64,000 bases of DNA from NCBI RefSeq assembly GCF_009914755.1, contig NC_060927.1. The stretch is one strand, 5' to 3'. Origin of the DNA: the human T2T-CHM13v2.0 reference genome, Homo sapiens. Position 1 is the first letter of the stretch, and the number at the start of each line of letters is the position of its first letter. The notes under the pieces were generated by a model. That model saw nothing but the letters and a program-made list of their open reading frames with translations, was not told the DNA's origin and searched no databases. The translations under genes were made by a program, and so were the position numbers. This document shows positions 34,303-47,201 of the stretch, piece after piece.

Positions 34303-34444
34303 TGTAACTGCCCAAGGGGTTCACATTGCCCGCTGCCTAGACAGTCAATTCATCAAGACAGGGGAATTGCAATAGAGAAAGAGTAATTCATGCAGAGCTG
34401 GCTGTGCGAGAGACCAGAGTTTTATTATTACTCAAATCAGTCTC
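34303..34444 (-). mobile_element. 5' LTR8 (R-U5 only, U3 missing)
   Basis: Minus strand GAGACTGATTTGAGTAATAATAAAACTC...GGGCAGTTACA. The first 40 nt match the end of the 3' LTR. Confidence 0.88.
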
Positions 34445-35840
34445 TGATTCATAGTTTTCAAGGGAATTTCCTTCACTGACTTTGCTTTCTGGTTGTACTA
34501 TAATAAATATGATTTGGAGTAATCCATCTGCCAACACTCCCTCAACTAAATCTTCCCTGCCCCAAACACACAGTGTTTCGCCCAGGAAGATCTAGTTCTG
34601 TTTGTGTCTGAAGGGGGCAGGATGGGGGATCTAGGCCATCCTTCTCCCTCATGTGAGTGGCCAAAAGCAACAGAAGAATCTATGTCTTGCCCTTAACATG
34701 GCCAATGTCTGCTCCACATACGGGCCCAGAGGCCACACTCTTAGCACTTCTGGGAAGCTGATAACAACATCTGCAATGGAGGTCTTTCATCCTGAGGCAA
34801 GGGTACCAGTTCTGCCAGCCCTTTGTATTATTTGGAAACAGTGCTGGGAGTCATATTTGCAGATCCACAAATGCTATTTGATTATTCCATGGCATGAAAG
34901 ATTAATTTGAGGTTTAGTGGAGAGGGCAGACTAAAGACTGAGGAAACACAGTTTGTAAGGGCAAAATATGCTAAGTTTGAGCAAAAATACATTCTACATG
35001 TAGCCAGCACTCTGAGAACACTGGGGAGAGTAGGTAGAGCTGGGATCAACATTAAAAGATAATGCCCCAACTGTATTTTAGCCTTATTTGTACCTGCTGG
35101 CCAGCATCTTATCATAATTACCTTGGCCACACAGCCCTTGTTGTATCTCCAAAGAGACAGCAGTGTCTGAAGAAAGAAGATGGTTCAGAAGACAGATGAC
35201 CCAAGTCTGGAAGGAGTCTCAAGAAGGAAATGTACAATAGTGAAAAGTGCGACCTCTTGACTCAGATTTCATCTCCAATCCTTGTTCTGTCATAGTCTAT
35301 CTGTGAGAACTTTATAGCATCTGAGTCTGTTTGCTTCATGCAAAATGGAACAGATGATATCTTCTAAGACTGTTATAAAAATCATTAAAACATGTAAAGC
35401 ATAAAAAGCCAGTTCATCTTAGGTATTAAATAATTGGCAAATTTACTAACATTAGTATCTGTAAAATAGAGATATTTGCAATGTGCTTGTGAAAAGGAGA
35501 AAAAGAATGCCTTTGGCCTGCAGTAGATATTTAGAAATGGTCCTGTCTTTGCCATGCACCACTACATGTTTGACCTTGAGCAAAGCCACCTCTGTCATTG
35601 GTAAGACGGGGAGTATTTCTACTCTATCTCACTCCCGTAACAACTGCAGTGGTGTCTGGAGGTAATTACACATGCCTCACTTGTTTCTTGGAGTTGTGAT
35701 GACTAAAATTGAAGGCTAAGAATGGGGAACAATGCACTAGAATGAAACACACTGGATTTCGGGGCAACAGACTTGGGTTCTAGTCTTGGTACTGCATTTT
35801 ACCAACCAAAAGGCCTTAGGCAAATCACCGAGTAATCTGA

Positions 35841-36215
<375 letters not shown>

Positions 36216-37081
36216 AAGTCTTCTCATTTTAATAGTTCTGGTACCCATCAAAGTTGTTAGCATAGAGTGGACACTCAATATTTATGTTTAATGAACCATA
36301 AACTACCCAGAAGTTGTATTTTTAACCGTTAGCAACTTTTTTGCCCCTAAGCTGGTAGCTTTTGTCCCAATCTGATTTGTTGGATCCCTACGTCCCAAAG
36401 TAGTTTGTATTCCATGCCAACCTTAACATCCTCAGAGATGTTACTTGGACACAACTGGAAGAAAAAATTGATAAGAGAAAAGAAAGCAGCTCTTCTGTTT
36501 ATGGCAGTTGCAGGGGAAGTTTCACCATCCGCCCACCCTGCCCCCGACCCTCACCCACTCTCTGGTTTGGGAATCACTTCTCTAAATTCCCTATTATTCT
36601 AAGTACCCTTTCTACAGGATTTACCCTCACGCAGAAGGTGGTGGGCATTGAAGAAGCCAGAGCTCCTTACAGATGACTCTCCACGGATAACATGAAGGGG
36701 AGGGATACCTCACAAGTCTCCTGTAAATGGGAGGTGGCAGGTGGAAAGCAGCAGGCAGAAACATGGAAGGGGGAACTGGGCTTCCTGGTGCCAGAGGAGA
36801 AATCTTGAAGTGGAACTTCTTGGTAGTAGTAGATTTAGGTACCCTTCATCCACACTACATAATATTCCAGAGGTGTTACATTATTTGATCTCTGAGGGCT
36901 TTGGTAGAGGAGGGAACCCTGTAGAGGTTGAAAAGGAGACAGAAAGGGCCAAAAAGTTGACAGTCAACATCTTTGTGCACTGTTAACAATCTGGTCTGGA
37001 AAGACAGCACTGGCAAAGGTAGAGTATTTCCCAGATCTGCCATGTATCAAGTCTGCTCACATTACTGAGGAGTAGCTGTGA

Positions 37082-37575
<494 letters not shown>

Positions 37576-38084
37576 AGTGTGCCAGGGTATACTGCTAACT
37601 CATTGCATTTTAATTTTTCTCTAGATACTCAAATAGCTAAGCAAATGAAGGTACATGCCAGTCTTTCTTCTTTTATACACAACAGACAAAAGTGTTGGGG
37701 GGCTAGACACCAACCAGCTATTTTTTTCCCCTGGAACCAGATCATCATACTGCTGAGTTCCTTCAAACCATCAAAGTACAGCCTTCCTTCCAATGTTGCA
37801 TAATCTGTTCAAAATCACAGTATAAATACAAAGTTCTTCCATCCATTTTACAAAACCAGCAAAACTCTACAATAAAATCCTACAGGAAAAAGTAGACCAA
37901 TCTCATTTACAAACAGCATTTTAACAGTAATTATTAAATGTTACAAAACATAAGATACAAAATCTAAATCCTTAAAGTCACACGATTTCTACAGAAATAA
38001 GACCCTCGCCCCACCCATATTACTTATGACTCAGGACAGTAGTTCGTCCTCACGGGGACCCACTGGCCAACTTTTCACCAACCC

Positions 38085-39011
38085 TCACCAGAGGTGGATG
38101 CCGGCCCTAGCACTGGCCCTGGCCCTCATACTGGCTTCAGCTCTGGCCTTGGCTCTGGCCCTGTCGGCCTCGTCTGCTAGGGCCTCACGGTACTGCACTG
38201 GCCAGTGCTGCGGTTCCTTCTTATGCAGTTTGGCCACGAACCCCAGGACTTCCATCTTGCTGATTTCCAGGTTGCTTCGGGGACCCCAAGAGAATTCATA
38301 TGCTGGTGGATTGGTGTGAGGCACCCGCCTGTAACTGAGATATCGCTGCTGCACAAAATCTTCCATAATAAGCCTCTTCGGATACCCAAAGAGGAAATGA
38401 TACTTTGAGGGTTGCACCCCCAACCGACGCAGCATCTCCCAGACCTGGGCCTCCCTGGCGCTATTACCTCTCATATAGATAAGGCCCAGGATCATCATTA
38501 ACAGACCCAATCTGGGGCCATCTCCTCCCAGATCCTCCTCCTCCTCCTCCTCCTCCAGAGGTTTTAGTTTGTTGATCAGGATGTAAGTGTGGTGCTTGCG
38601 GTCAAACTGTTTCAGCTCAAAACCAAAGACATACCGCAGATGCTCTGCGGCCCTTGCGATGATGTCCGGGAACAGAATCTTCAAGTCTCCAATAACGTAT
38701 TTCACCATCTCCGAGCGTGTGATGGGACTCTTCTTCTTGTCTTTCACCAGGAGGAACTGCACCAACTCCGCCACCGTCCGATTCAGCCGGCGGTAGGCCC
38801 TGCGCCTTGCCAAGGATTTGGCCGCCAAGGCCCTCGCGCCTTTCCGGGTGAGGGCGGGCTCCGCAGCCCCCTCCTCCCTCCCGGCGCCAAGCTCCTCCTT
38901 GGGGCGCTCCTGCGAGGCGGTCGGGGCCCGGGTCTCACCATCATGGCCGCCATCCTTCTCCCCCTCGGCCTGCGGGACCGGGAGCCCCCTGCTCTCTGGT
39001 GTCTGCAACAT
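38085..39011 (-). CDS. MAGEF1: Melanoma-associated antigen F1 (type II MAGE, MAGE homology domain), single-exon CDS, 308 aa
   Basis: ORF from ATG at 39011 (context aacATGt) reads MLQTPESRGLPVPQAEG...VAELVQFLLVKDKKKSPITRSEM...YEFSWGPRSNLEISKMEVLGFVAK...ARAGIHLW*. MAGE domain motifs present, no introns, sequence recognised as MAGEF1. Confidence 0.98.
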   Translation of the reverse strand: MLQTPESRGLPVPQAEGEKDGGHDGETRAPTASQERPKEELGAGREEGAAEPALTRKGARALAAKSLARRRAYRRLNRTVAELVQFLLVKDKKKSPITRSEMVKYVIGDLKILFPDIIARAAEHLRYVFGFELKQFDRKHHTYILINKLKPLEEEEEEEDLGGDGPRLGLLMMILGLIYMRGNSAREAQVWEMLRRLGVQPSKYHFLFGYPKRLIMEDFVQQRYLSYRRVPHTNPPAYEFSWGPRSNLEISKMEVLGFVAKLHKKEPQHWPVQYREALADEADRARAKARAEASMRARASARAGIHLW

Positions 39012-39420
39012 GTTTTCGGGCAGGCAGGTGCAGAGCGCGTACACGGGCCGAGGGGTGTGGGAGCCGCCGCGCAAGCCCCGGGGGAGGGGTTGGACAGCGG
39101 CAGTGACGGCGGGAGTACAGGGAGCAATGGCAGCGGGAGCTTTGTGGCTGCTGGGCCGCACCGCACGGGAGTCAAACCTGCGGCCGCAACGCCGCCAGCA
39201 GCCGGAACCTGCGGCGCGCAGCCTCAGTCCGCGCCCGCGCGAGGGGCCACTTCCGGCCACCTCAGCCAGGACGGCGACCCTAGTGCCGCGCGCAGCCCCT
39301 CCTTTTCCGGTCCCTTCTGGGTTGGGGGTGTGCCCAGGCTGCTATAAGTGGAAATGCCCTGGAGGGTGGGGACGGGGGGTGCGCCCTGTGACGGATTTTA
39401 GGCTTGAAAAGTCGGGGGCG
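38600..39420. promoter_or_regulatory. CpG island / MAGEF1 promoter and 5' region
   Basis: Dense CpG and high GC compared with the rest of the window. ETS-type CCGGAAGT on the minus strand at 39249-39256, GC boxes and G-runs at 39361-39425. Confidence 0.85.
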
Positions 39421-40117
39421 GGGGAATGTAACCAGGACTCTCCCATCCAAGGCATGCAGACTGGGGAATGTTTCGGTGTACAAGAGATGAAATAGGGATG
39501 GAGTGCCCCCCACGTTCTTTCTGCAAGTGCCTATTTGTGAGTGTGTGTATCTGGGATTTTCAGGGCTTTACCGGGGCTCTTGTGCAGAGTGCACGGTGAA
39601 GGCTGCGAGGTAAGACTGTGCGAACCAATTAGTAAAGGATGCTAGGGAGACTGAAATTTATTCTGGACGTAAAGAGAAAATACTGCAGCGGGATTTAAGC
39701 AAGTGAGTGTCCAGACCAGATCTGTGTCTTCGGTTCTGGCGGTATTGTGGAAGATAGATTGGAGTTCGGCCGGCTAAAAGCTAGAATCCAGTTTGGAGGA
39801 TTATTATAGTGCAAACTAGGAACTGGGACCCGGCCTATTTACTGGGTTGTATCCTCGGTGCCTAGAGCAGTGCCTGACACGGAGAGGAACTCAATAAATA
39901 TTCAATGGATCATTATGATGAGGGAGTAAGGACAGCAGATTCCATGGGGATAAGAGGAAAATACTGAGAAGTACAGCAGGAATAGGGACTGGTTGGAAGA
40001 AAGGGGAAGTTTGTTCTTTTTTTTTTTTTTTTTTTTGCGCAAGTCAAATTTGACTACTCCCATGTATTTCTTTTCTTTTTCTCTTTTTACACACTCTGAG
40101 CTTTCTTCTGCTTCTTG

Positions 40118-40447
40118 CTCCTTCCTTCCTTCTTTCCTTCCCTCCTTCCTTCCTTCCTCCCTCCCTTCCCTCCTTCCCTTCCTGCCTTCCTTCCTTCCTT
40201 CCTTCCTTCCTTCCTTCCTTCTTTCCTTCCTTCCTTCCTTCTTTCCTTCCTTCCTTCCTTCCTTCCTTCCTTCCTTCCTTCCTTCTTTCCTTCCTTCCTT
40301 CCTTCCTTCCTTCCTTCTTTCCTTCCTTCCTTCCTTCCTTCCTTCCTTCCTTCCTTCTTTCCTTCCTTCCTTCCTTCCTTCCTTCCTTCCTTCCTTCTTT
40401 CCTTCCTTCCTTCCTTCCTTCTTCCCTCCCTCCCTCCCTTCCTTCCC
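40118..40447. repeat. (TTCC)n / (GGAA)n microsatellite, ~330 bp
   Basis: Direct reading. TTCC runs of up to ~10 units interrupted by TTCT/TCCC. Confidence 0.98.
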
Positions 40448-40599
40448 TGTCAGAAATGCCCTCTCTATCACCTCCATTTCTCCAAATCCTGTCCACTATT
40501 CAGGGCCCAGTTTAAACATCACCTTCCCAAGCCTTCCTTAGTCACCACGCATAGAAGTTATTTACTGTCATCTCTGAATCACCTTAGCAATTGTTAACA

Positions 40600-41255
40600 T
40601 CCACATATATAGGCTTTATTAGGTGCCAGGCTCCGTTCTAATCACTTTTCAAATATTAATTCATCAGATTCTCACTAATGTAGGTACTAATACCATCATC
40701 CCCATTTTATAGATGATTGTATCTTTTCTGTGACACAGTTTGCTACTTACTAGCTATGTAATCTTGGGCAAGTTACCTAAACTTCTGCCCTTCTGTTACC
40801 TTATCAGTAAAATGAGTATAATAGTAGTAACAGCATTGTGGAGATTATGTGAAGTAATGCACATAAGCATTTAACACAGTGCTTGGCACATATTGATATT
40901 CAATACATGTTAGCTGTTAATTAATGCATATTTTTATATGCAATATACAATATTAGAATTGCAAGATGAACTGTCCTGGAATGCCTAGCACTCTGTGGAG
41001 ATGCGGAGGAGGTGTCCTGGGACATAGCACTGAACCGGGTCAGTACTCACCCATTCTGTGACCTTGTACAGGATGCTCAAACACCCTGGGCCACTTTTTT
41101 CTGATACTGTAGCCCTGCTAGGTAAGTGGTATTAGCCCCATTTTCCAGGTGAGGTTACACACAAGGAGGTTAAGTAACTTGCCCAACATCACACAGCTGG
41201 GATGTGAACCCATATAGTATGACTCCAGAGACTGTGCTCTTAACCACTACATTCA
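40600..41255. mobile_element. Cluster of MIR fragments
   Basis: cccattttatagatga, cttgggcaagttacctaa, gaggttaagtaacttgccc core motifs. Confidence 0.65.
40955..41115 (+). repeat. Dispersed direct repeat A, copy 1
   Basis: Matches 43456-43616. Confidence 0.85.
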
Positions 41256-42039
41256 TAGATGTTAATTATTATTATTATCATTTACTATATTTTGTATTAT
41301 AATTTGTTGTGCTTATCTTATTACCCTCCCCAAACCAAACATCCTAAAAGCTAGGGCTATGTTTTTAACTCTTTTGAAGAGCTTCTCTTAGTCAATACTC
41401 GATATATAATTGCCAATGAATAAATGACAGAAGGCTTTACTTTTTTCCCTAGGAAATAACAGTTACTTATTTTAAGTAAATATCTGATAGACTTTTCTAA
41501 ATCTAAATATGAAATCTTCCTTTTAAAAACTTTTGAAAATTTATACCCACTTGTATCATATGACTTACAAACCTGGAAGTATGTGAATGAAGCAGGAGAG
41601 GATGTTTATTATAGCCTAGCTTGAGGCTATTATTAGTTTTCATTGTGCCAAACATTCTATGTACAATATAATTTTGTCCTCACAAATCCCTATTAAGAAG
41701 GTATTATTATCCACATTTACAAATGGGAAAACAGTCACAGAGAGGTTAAATCACCTGCCCTGAACCACCCATCTGTTAAGTGCTAGACAAGAAATGAAAA
41801 CCCAGATCTGTAAACTCTGAAGCAAGACTGCCTGGTTATCTGTTTTTCCTGAAGGTAGAGAGAGCCACCCATACCTAAAAGGACAGTGCTAGAGATAAAA
41901 TAGTCCACTTACATATTTTCCTCACTACAAGGATTGCCAGGGAGATATGCAGGAGATACATGCACGGAAAGGAGCATGCAGAAGATATATTAAATGAAAA
42001 GAATTTTGAGGGACAAATCTGTGGTAATAGGGCTGGATT

Positions 42040-42745
42040 TTAAGAACTGAATAAATGACGATACTACTCATAAGAAGGAACAAACTACTGACACAATGTG
42101 AATGAGTCTGGCAGATATGTTGAGTGACAGATGAAAGATACAAAAGATTATACGTATAATATGATTCCATTTATCTGATGTTCGAGGCAGGATAAGCTAA
42201 TCTATGGTGATAGAAATTAGGACAGTGGAGGCCTGGGGTGGTGTTGACTGGAAAGGGGTATCCAGGAACTTTCAGTGGTGATGGCAGCGTTCTGTGTCTT
42301 GATTTGGATGTAGGTATACATTTGTCAAAACTTGTGAAACTGTACACTTAATAGCTATGCATTTCTTTTCTTTTCTTTTCTTTTCTTTGCGACAGGGTCT
42401 CACTCTGTTACCCAGGCTGGAGTGGTGCAATGGCACAATCTCAGCTCACTGCAACCCCTGCCACTGCAACCCTTGCCTCCAGGTTCAAGTGCTTCTCTTG
42501 CCTCAGCCTTCCAAGTAGCTGGGATTACAGGCACCTGCCACCACACCTGGCTGATTTTTGTATTTTTAACAGAGACGGGGTTTCACCATGTTGGCCAAGC
42601 TGGTCTCAAACTCCTGACCTCAAGTGATCTGCCTGCCTCAGCCTCCCAAAATGCTGGGATTACAGGTGTAAGCCACCATGCCCAGCCAGGTATGCATTTC
42701 ATAGTGTATGAATCATACCTCAAAATTTATAAAAATAAAAAAGGA
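42040..42745 (+). mobile_element. Old L1M 3' end interrupted by an Alu (42362-42688, minus)
   Basis: tatgattccattta...ctaatctatggtgatagaa...catttgtcaaaact L1M 3'-UTR motifs. Alu TSD tatgcatttc. Confidence 0.75.
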
Positions 42746-42923
42746 TTTTAAAAAATGAACAGCCCTTTAGGTATGGGAGGAGGCGAGGAGTAAGAAAGGT
42801 GAATGGACTCTGCATTACCACTTGCCGATCGCTAGATGTTACCATGTTACAGTGGAAGGAATGCAAACAATAATTTTTCCCATTTTTTTTTTTGTTATGT
42901 CCACCATGTAACCGGACACACAG

Positions 42924-42925
<2 letters not shown>

Positions 42926-42954
<29 letters not shown>

Positions 42955-43235
42955 ACGAAGTCTCACTCTGTCGCCCAGGCTGGAGTGCAGTGGCGCATCT
43001 CGGCTCACTGCAAGCTCCGTCTCCCACGTTCACGCCATTCTCCTGCCTCAGCCTCCCGAGTAGCTGGGACTACAGGCGTCTGCCACCATGCAGCTAATTT
43101 TTTGTATTTTTTTTTTTAGTAGAGATGGGGTTTCACCGTGTTAGCCAGGATGGTCACGATCTCCTGACCTCGTGATCCGCCTGCCTCGGCCTCCCAAAGT
43201 GCTGGGATTACCGGCATGAGCCACCATTTCCGGCA
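42926..43235 (-). mobile_element. AluY-like
   Basis: gcaagctccg, cacgccattc, ttagccaggatgg diagnostics. Confidence 0.94.
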
Positions 43236-43455
43236 ACAGGCAGACTTTTAACACATTCCTTACCTAAACTTTTAAAAGGGACAAAAGATATATGCCTTTG
43301 GTTTGGGAGATGACGAAACATATGCTTTAATGACTATTGGGTTGGAATCTTCTTGAGAGAGGATCCTTCTTAGCCTAGACTAGAGTCTTCAAAAGCCCAC
43401 AGTGCTTCGTAAAGTTTCATACGTGGAAGAGAGAAGGATGTTCCACTGGAAAAGC

Positions 43456-43616
43456 AGAATTGCAGCTGAGCTGTCCTGAAATGCCCAGCACTCTGTGGAG
43501 ACGCGGAGGAGGTTTCCTGGGACAAAGTGCTGAACCAGGTCAGTACTCGCCCATTCTGTGACCTTGCACAGGGTGCTGAACCTCTCTGAGCCACCTTTTC
43601 CTCATCTTTAGGCCCC
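43456..43616 (+). repeat. Dispersed direct repeat A, copy 2
   Basis: Matches 40955-41115. Confidence 0.85.
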
Positions 43617-46600
43617 AACAACCCTTGCTTTGCCCATCCTTACAGAGTTATTTTGAAGTTCAATCAAGATTATACATGTAAATATGCGTTTAAAGTGCTC
43701 CACCATTAAGAAATAAATATAAAATGTTACAGACCCTTTTCTAAAAGAGATATGGTGGAAAAATCCCAGTAATGAGGGTGACTGGCCTCTTAGACAGACA
43801 TTTCGGAATAGCTTACACATTCCTCATTGAAAAAACTGTCTGGCCAAAAAAGATTAAATAAAGAAATGTCAAGTACTGACACTCCATTTGAGGCCAGTGA
43901 ATACTTTGGTGCAGAGCCAGGGTTATCTTGTTGGATTCCTTCTAAACTTGGCAATAGAGTCCTCCAAACTCTTGAATGCCTTCTTCACACAGGTGCTCAG
44001 TAACATGTCACCCCAGATCTGATGGTCTCCAGGCTGCGTGGGTGCTTGTGTCTTCCCTATTTCTCCTGACAGTCTTGACAGCCGTGCAGCTGATCTGGCT
44101 CCAAACAGGGATCAGAGGAAGAGCTCTGTCCCTATCCCTAGGCCGGGACAAATTGAAGCTGGTTTTGTCAGAGCAGAATGGGCAGAGTGTGAGGCTTTGG
44201 GTCCCGTCTATGGGGCTGGGATTGAGGCAGGATGGCCAGGCGAATGATTCGATCTGACTTGGGTAATGAAAATTGTTTGTTACTTTTTGAAGAGTAATTG
44301 TGTAAGCAACAGTACTTCTGTGTTTGGCTGCCAGTGACTCACCAGTGTCTGTAATATAACACCAAACCCAGAGGAGGAGCAGACCCTGGCCAGCGGGGGA
44401 GGGGGAATGGCAGGGGGCAGAGGGCCCCCTACTCATTCATCCCCTTCTCCCTCTTCCACTGTCCCACCCCCTCTCTAAACCTCGAAGGAGAGTTGGCGAG
44501 AAGGCATTTGCCACCTGGACACAATGAGGCCCAGTGCAAGGGGCGGGCGAGAGCCTGGCCAGGAGCCAGGGCCCTGGTCTGAATGGCTGTTGCCAAGGGG
44601 CTGCCAACAGCCCATCTCAATCCCCAAGAGGCTGGGCAAGGGCGGGGGGCCCAACCCCCACCTCGAAGGCCCACCTCACGCCATTCGCAGGCCGTGATCA
44701 GAATGTGCAGGACGCAGGGGCTTTGAGCGGCTGAACAGAGCCGTTTCCCCTCTGCTGGCCGCCAGTTTGCTTGGATTACAGCGGCCTCTCTGGAGCCCCT
44801 TTGTGGGCTGCTTGTTATTCCGCACGCACAGAGCACTGTGCATTCATCTTTATTAGTTCTAATTGCTTCCCCATTCTAATGGGATCTTGATATTCCCATA
44901 CAATTGAAAGGAAATGTATTCATTAAAATAATTCTTCTCCTAACTGCCGCTTCAAGCTGCTCCTCTAAGTGACATTGTCTCTCTAACCACAGCCTGCTGA
45001 GGCCTCTTATTAAGACTCTAGTCAAAAGCCAACTTTGGGCAGCAAACTTTCCTTGCAGGAGTTTCCAGACACTGAAGAGAGGGTGCTTTTTAATCGGCTC
45101 ACACACAGAAGTTGGAGGCCAGCTGGTGTAATTGGGGGTGCTGCTCCGGGTGGATGGAGGGAGAAGGGCTCGCCTCCAGCTCTGCCTCCTTTAACAATGA
45201 CCCCTTTCTGCACACCAACCAGCTCATTTGGAGAGGGCTTCTCCCTCTGTCATGTGTGTGAAACTTCTTGTTTATGCCACAAGCAGTTACTAGGTGTGTT
45301 TTAAGCACAAGGCGCTGAGTAAGGTGCTATGGGAAGTGTGGAGACAGGGCTGCAGATTCAAGGCGTTTATGATCTTGGTGGGTGGCTCCCAACTCCAAGT
45401 CCCTAGAGTTAGGTATGAGAGGAAAGGCTGGCAGCGCTCTCAATGTTCAGAAAGCTTACTAGGATCAAGAACTGAGAAAAGCAGGCTATTATTTCATAAA
45501 TGTGTTTGATTTAATAACCAAAATCTTTCAAGCTGTGGGACCATGGGGGTAATACAAGAAGCTTTTTGGGACATTGGGAACCACTGATCTAGTTAGGGGA
45601 AATAAGCTGTTGTAAAAAGAACGACTACGTAAATGTCTGCTCTTGACATCAGTGGTATCAATAAAGTGTTGTGGGAATTTGGAGGGGTGGAAGGGAGTAT
45701 ACGCTGGGCACTGCAAAATTGCTTGAACCTTATTTAATCCCTAGAACAGCCCTTTGAGGGAAGCATAACTATTCCCCATTTTACAAATGAAATCTGAGAG
45801 AAGTTAGGTAATGTTTCCACTGTCAATAGTTGGAGACAGGATGAACACCAGCCTTCTGATTCCAAAACACAGGCTATTTTCACGGCATCTCTCACATCGT
45901 ATCTGTCTTGGGCGATCAGAGGTTTCCTGTGAGAGGTGGTGTTTGATCCCCCTTGAGGCCTTTAGGAATAGTGGGTTGTCAACAGGCAGGGAGTGTGGTC
46001 CCAAAGGAAGCAAAAACACACACAGGGACTGGGAAGAAGCTGGCATATCAGGAAATGACAAGAGTCCAGGTGGCCCAGACACTGGAGTGTGTGCAGAGGT
46101 GGAGGAGGAGAAAAGCAGAAAGGTTTGTGAAGGCCAAATTTTAAAGAGCCTTGCTTGTCAGGAGTTTGGACTTTATCCTGTAGATAATTCTCCAAGGAGG
46201 ATACTTGAAGCCTCCAGATAAATACAGTATTTCTTTCGGGAACATCAGTTTTCCTTGAGGTGAATAATTTTAAACATCTTCATATTAAAAGAAATTCAGA
46301 TATATCATGGAGTAGAATGCAAAATTCTCATGAATTTTTAAGAGAAAACAGGAGACTTCAAAGAGAGTTTGGGTGTGCTGGCAGGAGCTTCAGGCTCTGC
46401 AGCACCCTGGGGGAGCATAAGGCATTTCTTTTGTCTACTGTTGGTGCGCTTCAGTGGTAAAGATTGAGAAGCGCTGATTTTACACAAACTGTTTTGATCC
46501 CAGGAATAAAATCGATAGCTGTATTTCAAGATGGGAGGCAGGGGCCTGGAAGATAGTTTGGGCAGGGCGGGGATTGAGGGCAAGAGGCCAGTTAGGAGGC

Positions 46601-46628
46601 TGTTGCAATAAACTCTCCAGAGACATAA

Positions 46629-47201
<573 letters not shown>

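Noticed and set aside
38085-39260. 391-aa ORF as the MAGEF1 product
   Set aside because: It starts at a GTG at or near the likely TSS. The recognised protein starts at ATG 39011. Kept only as a possible extension.
38589-39495. 252-aa and 225-aa ORFs antisense to MAGEF1
   Set aside because: Non-ATG starts, shadows of a GC-rich coding strand and CpG island, no domain similarity
39902-40597. 150-191 aa ORFs (EGRK / PSFL repeats)
   Set aside because: Translations of the GGAA microsatellite
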